This document shows positions 36,574-45,401 of a DNA stretch of 64,000 nucleotides, piece after piece. The number at the start of each line of letters is the position of its first letter. The first letter of the stretch is position 1. The translations under genes were made by a program, and so were the position numbers. The notes under the pieces are model-generated. The model was not told the origin of the DNA, ran no database searches, and saw only the letters and a program-made list of their open reading frames with translations. Source of the stretch: a virus; IMG/VR virus record IMGVR_UViG_3300042923_000607, positions 1 to 64,000 of that record. One strand, 5' to 3'.

Positions 36574-36860
36574 TTTCTTTGTAGGGGAAAGCTATACTCT
36601 TTTTCTACTACATAACAAATGCAACATCATGGTTTTATATTCATGTTACCTATCCTAAAATGTGTACATAATATATATTATATATATGTACCAAAAATAG
36701 GATTGTAAACAATTTAATTATCTTAAAGGAGGAAAATAATATGGCAAATTTTCGGATTTTCGATTAATCAAAGAACCAAAAATTCGGCATGGGTTATTCT
36801 ATAAATTTACGGTAGCCTCACGAAATTCAGAATAAAAAAATATAACATAAAGGAGGATTT

Positions 36861-38387
36861 ATTATTAGCGAAATATTTATTTCTGACGTAATAGACGTTA
36901 ATAATTTTAAAGACGATGAGTTTAACTTAATTGCATCTGGTTGTGGCACAGGTAAGTCTACTTTTATTTTTAAGCATTTACTACTAAAATATAAAACAAT
37001 ACAACCTCACGAAATTTTATTTATAACTTCAAGGTCTATGATCGTAGATCAGCAGTCTCAGGAAGAGGGAGTTGTTAAATATAATCCGTTCAATTATAAG
37101 ATAATACAGCTTTGGAGCGGAATTGATGATGACTATAATCAAATTCAAGCTAAAGGCATAACTATAATGACCTATGATAAGATTATTAATATTCTTTTAA
37201 ACGAAAACAGTGAGCAAGGAGAAACATTAAGCAAAATTAAAATGATAGTTTTTGATGAATGCCATACTTTGTTCAGTGATTTATTTATAAGAAACATTGA
37301 AGCTTTAAAGGTTTGGATTAGAGATAATCTTTATCAGAAAGAAAAAATATTTTTAGGATTAACTGCCACTCCAAATATTCTTTTATATTACAAGGAATGG
37401 GGAGTAAAAATAAACCAGCTTAATAAAGAACCAATAATTAGATATAAAGCTAATCAACTAATATGTACTAGCTTCGAAACAATTCCATATCTTATAACCA
37501 CAAATAAACTAAAAGGCAAAACAATAATAATGTGTAGCAGTATAAAGGAATGCATTAAGTTACAAGAAGAAATACCTAACGCTGCTATTTTGGTAAGTAG
37601 GAGTAACGAATATTATAAAAAAGATAAGTACATGAATAAAATCAGAGAAGAGATTATTATAAATAGTACGTTGCCTGATATGTTTATGTATCCTACAAAA
37701 AGAGATAAAAATGGATTTCCTGTTGAATATGAAAAAAGACCTTTAGAGGTTTTAATATCTACTTCTACCTTAAGAGAGGGGATCAACTTGGTAGAGAGTA
37801 GCTGCATAAGAAATGTAGTATGTTGTTTTCAAGACGAATTACATATTTCACAATTTATGGGAAGGTGCAGGTACGATATAGATAACTTAGTCGTCGCAGA
37901 ATCTTATGTTAGGGTTGATAATTTTAACAAAGATAGCTACATGTCTAGGTGTCACATAATGTATAAGGAGTTTATAGAAAATAAGTCTAATGTTAAGTGG
38001 TTTGACAGTATTTCACACCTTGTTACTCATGAGTGCTACCAAACAAAGAGATTTATTTTATGTAAAGACGAAAGAAAATTTATAGAATACATAAACGGAA
38101 AATGGTTGGTTCCTATCGGAACTAAAAAAGAAGGATTAAATGATTATAAAATATGGAGAGATTCAGATAAAAATGAAATAATAGACATGTCAATCCGGTG
38201 TAAACTTTACGAGTTATGTAATAGTAAAATAACCTTTAATCGAGTCATAAGAACAATGCAAGACTCTCTTGGTTATGAGATAGAAAGTGGAAATCAAAGA
38301 TTTGACAATGAAAAGAAAACATATAAGTTAATCATATCTTATGAAGAAGAAAAAATAGAAAATAAAAATATAAAGGAGAATATTTAA
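36861..38387 (+). CDS. SF2 DExH helicase (possible origin-binding protein)
   Basis: Frame extends 59 codons upstream of the ORF-track ATG to ATT after AAGGAGG and contains Walker A SGCGTGKS; DECH, LTAT, TSTLREGIN, QFMGRCR. Confidence 0.88.
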   Translation: MISEIFISDVIDVNNFKDDEFNLIASGCGTGKSTFIFKHLLLKYKTIQPHEILFITSRSMIVDQQSQEEGVVKYNPFNYKIIQLWSGIDDDYNQIQAKGITIMTYDKIINILLNENSEQGETLSKIKMIVFDECHTLFSDLFIRNIEALKVWIRDNLYQKEKIFLGLTATPNILLYYKEWGVKINQLNKEPIIRYKANQLICTSFETIPYLITTNKLKGKTIIMCSSIKECIKLQEEIPNAAILVSRSNEYYKKDKYMNKIREEIIINSTLPDMFMYPTKRDKNGFPVEYEKRPLEVLISTSTLREGINLVESSCIRNVVCCFQDELHISQFMGRCRYDIDNLVVAESYVRVDNFNKDSYMSRCHIMYKEFIENKSNVKWFDSISHLVTHECYQTKRFILCKDERKFIEYINGKWLVPIGTKKEGLNDYKIWRDSDKNEIIDMSIRCKLYELCNSKITFNRVIRTMQDSLGYEIESGNQRFDNEKKTYKLIISYEEEKIENKNIKENI

Positions 38388-38780
38388 GTGATCAGCAACC
38401 TTACTATGCAACATATAAAACATTTAGATTTCAAAACACTTACTGATTCTGAGTGGCAACCAATATACAAATCGATTCGAGAGATTATTCCTGTAGTTGG
38501 TACTCTTCCATCTCGACGCGCGTTAAATCCGAGGTGTATGAAAACTTACATACAGTTAACAAATGGAGAATTAGATACGACTGAAACGCTGGATAGTCGG
38601 CACGTTAAAAGAATTAAAGATATATTGAAAAATATCCGGTCAAGGACAAAGAGAAAACCTGCTGTCGATTATGTCTACTTTTTAAGTGATTTAATTGAGT
38701 TGATGAAATATGAAAAAGATTTAGAAATACGTTTAGTTCACGATGAAGTTACATACTGGGAAGTTTGGATTAATAGATAA
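38388..38780 (+). CDS. hypothetical protein
   Basis: GTG start abutting helicase stop, AAGGAG RBS. Confidence 0.7.
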   Translation: MISNLTMQHIKHLDFKTLTDSEWQPIYKSIREIIPVVGTLPSRRALNPRCMKTYIQLTNGELDTTETLDSRHVKRIKDILKNIRSRTKRKPAVDYVYFLSDLIELMKYEKDLEIRLVHDEVTYWEVWINR

Positions 38781-38817
38781 CATATATAACACAAAACATG
38801 TATGGAGGATGATTTAT

Positions 38818-41433
38818 TTGAGTGAATATGGAATAAAAATCAAGAACATTGAAGCTAGTACGTTATTCGAATATAATAATGGCATTAGGGATCACTACGA
38901 ATATAAAGATGCAATGTTAACTAATAGTTTATTTAATGATTTTTTACAAGAAAATGGGATGAAAGTATGGAAAGAAGAATCTACTAGAGATATTATTTGT
39001 TTGGAATTCAATTTTGGAACAAGGTCTTACGACGAAGAAAAAAAACATTTATTGGATATTGCTAAAAAATCAAGATTAGAATATAAAATAGCAAAGTCAC
39101 ACAGAAATAAAAATGAGATAAAAAGCAAATCTAATAAAAGAATAAAAATAATGAATTTAATAAAACTTGTAGATGAAAACAAGGATAAGTATATTAAAAT
39201 ATCCAAAAAGGAAATTAGGAGAATGTATTACAATGATGGAGTGGAAGTAGAATATATAACAAGAAACAAAAAGGGAGAAATAACAAAAAGAGAAAAAATA
39301 CATTATAAAATGCTTTATAGGAGTACGGGGAAGGCGAAAAAAGGATCATGTATGTTTATTTGTGATAGATTACACAAAAAGGCTATTGATTTTTTGAGAA
39401 TGAAAATAAAAATATCTAAAAAAAATGCCCCTATAGTTGAGATAAGTGCTTACAGCCCTTTGGTTTCAAGTGCTATAGTAGGTCGGATAAAAATAAATCC
39501 AAAAAACATATTGATATTAAAAGATATAGAAAGATCTTTCATAACAAACGTGGTAAGCATAGAAACTGATGAAAACAAACATTGTTTTGCTAAAAACATA
39601 GATAATTACGAGTTAAAAAATACATTGTTTGATGGGCAGGCTCTTATAGATAGTGGGATTTTCCCAGAATGGGGAAATGGATATATATTATTAAGACATC
39701 ATTTTTGTAAAATGGCTGCATTTAGTACAAATATTCAAAAGTTTTTTAAAGATTATTTTGGAGATAAATATTTAACGGCAACAGTTAAAGACATGTTTGG
39801 CAGTGAACATTTTGTGAAAGACATAGAGTTGATAACAACTGATAATGCAATGAAATGGTTAAAGTTTGATAAGTCGTATGAATATTGGTGTGAGAAAGTT
39901 TATGAAAATAACTGCATGTTTGGAATTGTAAAAACCGCACATAAGAGTAAACTTGGAGATGTACAAAAAATGAGTTATCAAATGGTAAACTCCCTTGATG
40001 AACACATTATGGATGATGTAGTAAAAGAAAGTGTTTCTTATGTTGAAAAATTAAAACAAGATGATGATTTTTTCTTGGAATACTTAGAAAAAAATAAAAA
40101 CTTTTCAAATGATCACGAAGTATTGATTGCTCTATGCAACCAAAATAAAGATTTTACAAGGAGTGAGTATTTCAGAAGAAGAAAAAGAAAAATAATAGAA
40201 ACTTATGTTCTGAATTTAAAATCAGGAAAGATCATTCAGAATGCGGAGAATTTAGTCATCGTAGGCTCTCCTTATGCTATGTTACTATATGCTACGGATG
40301 GAAAAGAGAATAACGTAGATAAAGATGACACCTTTTTTGTAGAGGAAAATACAATACAATGTTTTACTCAGAGGTTTGATGATGACGAATATTTGGCGTT
40401 CTTCAGAAGCCCTTTTAACAGTAAAAACAATTTAACTTATTTACATAATAAATATAACTATAAATTAGATAAATATTTTAACCTGGGCGAGCAAGTGGTT
40501 GCGGTTAATATGGTGGGGACTGATTTTCAAGATAGGAACAATGGTAGTGATCAAGATTCAGACAGTGGATATACGACTAATCAAAATAATATAGTGGAAC
40601 ATGCGAAAATGTGTTATTTAAAATATCCAACTATAGTTAATAATATTCCAAAAGACAAAAATGTATATAGTAATACAATGGATGACTTTGCATTGATTGA
40701 TGATATGTTAGCTAATTCACAAAGAGATATTGGAGAATCTAGCAATTTAGCCCAGATAGCACAAACCTATGCTTGTAATTTTAATGATAAAAAATATATT
40801 GATTATGTATGTATTCTATCAGTTTTAGCTCAAGTTGCGATCGATAATGCAAAAAGACGATTTGACATTGATTTAACGCAGGAAATACGAAGAATAAAAA
40901 ACGATATGAATATAAAGAAATATAAATACCCTGAATTCTGGTTGATTATTAAGAAAAATTTTAATAGGAAGAATATTAATTATGGATTAAAATGTCCAAT
41001 GAATAAATTGTATGATTTGAACTTATCAGAATTTCATCCAGCAGATACCACTCTTCTAATGTCTGATTTTTTTATAAAGTATCCTCTCGATAAAAAAGAT
41101 ATATTTAGGAAATCAATGAAAGTAGAAGAATTATTACATAAATATTCATTATCAATTTATAAATCCAATATAAATGATGGTTCAAACGAAGATTATTTAT
41201 TATTGAGAAATGACTATGCAAATCTCTTGAATGATATAACCAAAATCAACATATCTTATAATTATATTGGATTGTTTTCATGGCTAATTGACAGAGCATT
41301 TATTATAACGCCCAATATAAAAAGCACAAAAAAAGAAATTTGTACTTTGCTGGATAAAAATAAATCTATGTTATTGAAAATATTATATGACGTAAATAGT
41401 AAAAATTTATTAAAATGTTTTAAAAATGGTTAA
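38818..41433 (+). CDS. YonO-like single-subunit DNA-dependent RNA polymerase
   Basis: RSTGKAKKG, FDGQAL, LRHHFCK, MSYQMVN, FRSP and catalytic loop GSDQDSD (DxDGD variant), IDNAKR; upstream of late genes; TTG start after GGAGG. Confidence 0.88.
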   Translation: MSEYGIKIKNIEASTLFEYNNGIRDHYEYKDAMLTNSLFNDFLQENGMKVWKEESTRDIICLEFNFGTRSYDEEKKHLLDIAKKSRLEYKIAKSHRNKNEIKSKSNKRIKIMNLIKLVDENKDKYIKISKKEIRRMYYNDGVEVEYITRNKKGEITKREKIHYKMLYRSTGKAKKGSCMFICDRLHKKAIDFLRMKIKISKKNAPIVEISAYSPLVSSAIVGRIKINPKNILILKDIERSFITNVVSIETDENKHCFAKNIDNYELKNTLFDGQALIDSGIFPEWGNGYILLRHHFCKMAAFSTNIQKFFKDYFGDKYLTATVKDMFGSEHFVKDIELITTDNAMKWLKFDKSYEYWCEKVYENNCMFGIVKTAHKSKLGDVQKMSYQMVNSLDEHIMDDVVKESVSYVEKLKQDDDFFLEYLEKNKNFSNDHEVLIALCNQNKDFTRSEYFRRRKRKIIETYVLNLKSGKIIQNAENLVIVGSPYAMLLYATDGKENNVDKDDTFFVEENTIQCFTQRFDDDEYLAFFRSPFNSKNNLTYLHNKYNYKLDKYFNLGEQVVAVNMVGTDFQDRNNGSDQDSDSGYTTNQNNIVEHAKMCYLKYPTIVNNIPKDKNVYSNTMDDFALIDDMLANSQRDIGESSNLAQIAQTYACNFNDKKYIDYVCILSVLAQVAIDNAKRRFDIDLTQEIRRIKNDMNIKKYKYPEFWLIIKKNFNRKNINYGLKCPMNKLYDLNLSEFHPADTTLLMSDFFIKYPLDKKDIFRKSMKVEELLHKYSLSIYKSNINDGSNEDYLLLRNDYANLLNDITKINISYNYIGLFSWLIDRAFIITPNIKSTKKEICTLLDKNKSMLLKILYDVNSKNLLKCFKNG

Positions 41434-41699
41434 AATTTGTGGGGGCGAAGATATTTTTATGTTTTTAAACCCACTGTTTATGCTTGTTGTCTTAGATTCA
41501 CTACTGCCCACTAATGAGGAAGAAAGTGAGCAATGACAGTCTTGCGATTTATCGTATAGAAAATAAACTTGCGTGCATGTAAATGCAACACCAGCACAAG
41601 TATCCTCACCGCTTAATACCGATGCGGTATACAAATATGGAATCGCGATATTATAATTATAGCCTCTCCACAGGCGTAATATGTGGATAGAGAATTAAT

Positions 41700-41727
41700 A
41701 GGGTGGTATTATACTGCCCTATTTTTC
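41700..41727 (+). terminator. Rho-independent terminator
   Basis: AGGGTGGTA/TACTGCCCT stem followed by ATTTTT. Confidence 0.6.
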
Positions 41728-42033
41728 ATTATTACATAACATATACAACATTTGCAATTCACACTCAATCGAGTAAAAATATATTCTCCTTTCAAGCAGG
41801 GCGTATGGTTTACAAACTACATACTCTCCTGCTATCCCAATTAAATCATCAAATTTAGTATATTAAACTTATTATATTTTCTTTAAGTTGTACGGGATTA
41901 GCTAGAACTGACCATTCTGAAGCGAGATCTCTAGTTATAGAAGAAAATTAAATCTTGATATGGAGTGGTTTCCAATTTCAAGATTTAAAGGCTGGCAGCG
42001 ACTAGGCACAAGTCCAGTCTTTAACTACATATT

Positions 42034-42094
42034 TGCAGTATAGCTTAAAGGTAAAGCGAATTTATATATGGTATATCAAAAATACCTACTGCAC
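42034..42094 (+). ncRNA. tRNA-like element lacking an anticodon arm
   Basis: Acceptor TGCAGTA/TACTGCA, U8-A9, D arm GCTT-AAAGGTA-AAGC, T arm GGTAT-ATCAAAA-ATACC; only 12 nt between D and T arms. Confidence 0.6.
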
Positions 42095-42137
42095 TCTCCT
42101 ATTCGGGGTAAAATTACAATGAAAGAAGGAAATAAGT

Positions 42138-42308
42138 ATTTTAGTAATTAAGCAGCATGAAGCAAAATATTTGAGAAGTCAGGGAGTTTTTGTCCCAATG
42201 TATAACAAAACAAAGAGTTCCAGGGGAAAGAAATATTTATTGATTGAAAGCCGAGAAAACATTGCGCTATTGGAGCAATATCGCAAGAAAATCAGGAATA
42301 ACAAATAA
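42138..42308 (+). CDS. small basic protein (56 aa, ATT start, not in ORF track)
   Basis: AAGGA RBS 7 nt before ATT; LVIKQHEAKYLRSQG...KKYLLIES... Confidence 0.6.
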   Translation: MLVIKQHEAKYLRSQGVFVPMYNKTKSSRGKKYLLIESRENIALLEQYRKKIRNNK

Positions 42309-42318
42309 AACATGAAAG

Positions 42319-43773
42319 ATGGTGGACACTATTGCCAAGAAAGATAATAAAGTAAGTATAGAAATTATAGGTGGCAATGCAGAAAGTGTAACTGGTAGTT
42401 GTTCAATTATAAAACATAACGGATATACCTCGATATTTGAACTTGGTATGATTCAAGACGGTAAAACAGTAAAAGAAAATTATGATCTAAATAAAAAATT
42501 GATTTCTAATATAAAAAATAAAACAGAAATAAAATATATATTCATTGGTCACGGGCATTCTGATCACATCGGAAACATTCCCGCTCTTTATAAATATGAT
42601 TGCAACGCAAGGATAATAGTCCCAAAAGGAAGTTCCAGAATTTTAAAAGAGATGTGGCTAGATTCTAGTTATATAAACCAGCGAGATTGTGAGTATCTTA
42701 CAGATAAATTTGAAAAATTATATGAGCCTTTATATGGGGACACTGAAGTTTTAGACGCATTGTCTCATGTAGATGAATACGATTTTGATGAAATAATTGA
42801 GTTAGACGAATATCTAAAATTTAGATTCATACATGCTGGACATATTCTTTTTTCAGCTCAAACAGAATTGTTCATATCGGTTAATAATTCCACAAAGAAG
42901 ATACTATTCACTTCTGACTTAGGAAATATAAAACTGAATAATAATAAAGTATTTGTTGAGAATTTTGTTCCGATTACAAAGTGCAATATAGTGATAGGAG
43001 AAGCTACATACTCTTCTAGTTCAAGATCAATGAATAAGAAAGATCTTCAGAATGATTTAAATAAAATAAAGTCTGTTATAACTCAATATTGTGTAGATAA
43101 CAAAAAGATTGTAGTAATACCTACTTTTAGCCTGGACAGGCTTCCATATATGTTGTGGATATTATTTTCTCTATTTGGAGAAGACAAAACGTTCTCAGTT
43201 CCAATTGTCGTTGACAGCCCATTATCAATAAGACTTCTTAATGCATATTCAGAATCTCTTACTGGGGAAGCAAAAGAAAAGTTTGACGAGATGATGAATT
43301 GGAGCAATTTGAAATTCTCGTACACACCAGAAGAAAGTAAATCATTGCTGGCGGATGGTAAGTCAAAGTGTGTACTCAGTTCTAGTGGAATGTTGCAGGC
43401 TGGAAGATCTGTAAAATGGGTTCAACATGTTTTGCCCAATCCAGACGACTGTATTTTATTTATCGGATTTTCTACCACGAATACGCTAGCCTATAAAATA
43501 AAGCACGGTAAAGAGCAGAAAACTATAACAATCAATGGTAAAGTTGTTAAAAATAGGGCGGCGATTGTTGACCTTCATTCGTTTAGTTCTCACATGCAGC
43601 ACGATGATTTGTTAAACTACTACTCTTCTATTAATTGCGAAAAAATATATCTTGTTCATTCTAATCAGGATGATAAAATCCAATTTAAAAAAGAGTTAGA
43701 AAAAGTAATAAGTGATAAATGCAAGACTACTAAGGTTGTAGCCGTTAATAAGAGTACGATAATTAACTTATAA
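42319..43773 (+). CDS. Metallo-beta-lactamase/beta-CASP ribonuclease
   Basis: VTGSC, HGHSDHIG, AGHI, TSDLG, EATY, SGMLQAGRS, FSSH, LVH. Confidence 0.92.
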   Translation: MVDTIAKKDNKVSIEIIGGNAESVTGSCSIIKHNGYTSIFELGMIQDGKTVKENYDLNKKLISNIKNKTEIKYIFIGHGHSDHIGNIPALYKYDCNARIIVPKGSSRILKEMWLDSSYINQRDCEYLTDKFEKLYEPLYGDTEVLDALSHVDEYDFDEIIELDEYLKFRFIHAGHILFSAQTELFISVNNSTKKILFTSDLGNIKLNNNKVFVENFVPITKCNIVIGEATYSSSSRSMNKKDLQNDLNKIKSVITQYCVDNKKIVVIPTFSLDRLPYMLWILFSLFGEDKTFSVPIVVDSPLSIRLLNAYSESLTGEAKEKFDEMMNWSNLKFSYTPEESKSLLADGKSKCVLSSSGMLQAGRSVKWVQHVLPNPDDCILFIGFSTTNTLAYKIKHGKEQKTITINGKVVKNRAAIVDLHSFSSHMQHDDLLNYYSSINCEKIYLVHSNQDDKIQFKKELEKVISDKCKTTKVVAVNKSTIINL

Positions 43774-43866
43774 TTTTTTTATTGCTTAAATGACTATATT
43801 TATCCAATTTAATAATACATCAACTATTAACCATTGTCAAATAAAAAATGAAGGGATTGGTGACTT

Positions 43867-44829
43867 ATAAATTATCAAGAAATAAAAGAATTAGTAGAGG
43901 GGAAATTAGTTAATAAAAAAATAAATACGCCATTTGAAGAATTAAGCGAGATGTTGTTTGGTGAGGGAAATTGCTTTAACGAATCAGAAGTTAGAAAGAG
44001 AATGTACGGAATGAAACGACTAATAGAAATAATAGAGTCCGACAACTCTTTCCATACAATAGACGCTAGAATATTATCAATATCTGATTTACATGTACCA
44101 TATCAATTACCAATTGAAACATACAGTAATTATGTCGGTAAGGTTGATATATTGCAAATTAATGGAGACGTTGGTGATTGTCAAAGCATAAGTAAATTTC
44201 CAAAAGCTTATAGGGTTAGTCCCATGGAAGAACTGATTGAAACCAGACAGCATTTAATTGATTTAATAGAATATATAAAACCTAAAAAAGTCATTGTTAC
44301 ATATGGAAATCATGATATGAGATTTCAGAGCTATTTTGCTAAAAATTTAGACACTGACTTGTTAGAACTGATGCCCAAAACTTCTCTTGAATTGATTTTG
44401 GTAGATGGCTTTAAACACTACAATAAAAGGGAACGTGCAAAAATCGAGTATAAACCCTTGGTTGATGTTTTTGATGACGTAGAAATCGAATATACCGACA
44501 ATTGGTTCTGTCAAATCGGAGAAACTATTTTCTGTCATCCCACAGCATATTCAAGCGGAATATTAAAGACCGCTGAAAAGGCTATGATGTGGTTTAGAAA
44601 CGAAGGATGTCAGTTCAAATCACTGGTTATGGCTCATACTCATAGGATTGGACAGTATAGCATTGGGAATACGACAATCTACGAACAGGGATGTTGTTGC
44701 GACGTAAAAAAGGTGCACTATTCCGATGGTCTACTGGTAAACAGTCAAAAAGAAGGATTTATTTATATATGCCAAGATAAAGAAGGTAATATACTAAAAG
44801 ATCATACTAGACTTGAAGTATTAAATTAG
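43867..44829 (+). CDS. Calcineurin-like metallophosphoesterase
   Basis: SDLHVP, NGDVGD, GNHD, AHTHR; frame open 28 codons upstream to an ATA. Confidence 0.88.
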   Translation: MNYQEIKELVEGKLVNKKINTPFEELSEMLFGEGNCFNESEVRKRMYGMKRLIEIIESDNSFHTIDARILSISDLHVPYQLPIETYSNYVGKVDILQINGDVGDCQSISKFPKAYRVSPMEELIETRQHLIDLIEYIKPKKVIVTYGNHDMRFQSYFAKNLDTDLLELMPKTSLELILVDGFKHYNKRERAKIEYKPLVDVFDDVEIEYTDNWFCQIGETIFCHPTAYSSGILKTAEKAMMWFRNEGCQFKSLVMAHTHRIGQYSIGNTTIYEQGCCCDVKKVHYSDGLLVNSQKEGFIYICQDKEGNILKDHTRLEVLN

Positions 44830-44839
44830 AGGTAAACTT

Positions 44840-45295
44840 ATGGACATAGAATTCGAATACAAAGTAGTTACATATGACTCAGTGATGAGTGTTTTATCGG
44901 ACGCACTCTCCGCTCTTGACTATAAAGACAGAGAAAACATGAAGAATGAGGAAGAATATACCAACGTTTCGATTGTTTCTTATAGTGAAGTTATTGAAGA
45001 GTTATTAAAAGATATCTGCTTATTTGCTTCAGTTAATGACATAGATGTTGTTATTGATTTTATTGATTTTGACACGGCGGATTATGAAGACGTTTATGTG
45101 GCTTCAATAATTATGCAAGATGGAGAAATGCATTTTAATATTGAAAAAGCATTATATGATGATGAAAAATATAAAGAAATCATTTGTCACAAATTGTATC
45201 TCGATGCGGATAGTGATGAAGATTTAATCTCTTCTGCGTTTACTTATGAATCCGACGTGGAGTATTTCATGATTGACGAGTCAGAAGAAGAATAA
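44840..45295 (+). CDS. acidic hypothetical protein
   Basis: ORF with GAGGT RBS; stop lies inside an 18-bp site (45292-45309). Confidence 0.75.
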   Translation: MDIEFEYKVVTYDSVMSVLSDALSALDYKDRENMKNEEEYTNVSIVSYSEVIEELLKDICLFASVNDIDVVIDFIDFDTADYEDVYVASIIMQDGEMHFNIEKALYDDEKYKEIICHKLYLDADSDEDLISSAFTYESDVEYFMIDESEEE

Positions 45296-45323
45296 AATAC
45301 AGTTTTTATATTGATATATCTAG

Positions 45324-45351
45324 GGAACCGGGTGCCACAGCTCGGTTCTTT
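45324..45351 (+). terminator. Rho-independent terminator
   Basis: GAACCGGG/CTCGGTTC stem followed by T-rich tract. Confidence 0.55.
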
Positions 45352-45401
45352 ATTATTGTACTACTCTCCTACCGTAGTGCAAATTAATTATATGAAAGGA
45401 C

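Larger units (their letters stand above)
392..41750. repeat. Oriented 12-bp repeat ACATATA(A/C)AACA (putative repressor operator)
   Basis: Exact copies at 392, 8378, 9132, 16288, 16364, 16673, 19142, 19765, 20349, 23172 (minus) and 36532, 38411 (plus); C-variant at 35165 (minus), 36227, 41739 (plus). Confidence 0.85.

Noticed and set aside
42034-42094. Canonical tRNA gene
   Set aside because: No anticodon arm and no TTC in the T loop; reported only as tRNA-like
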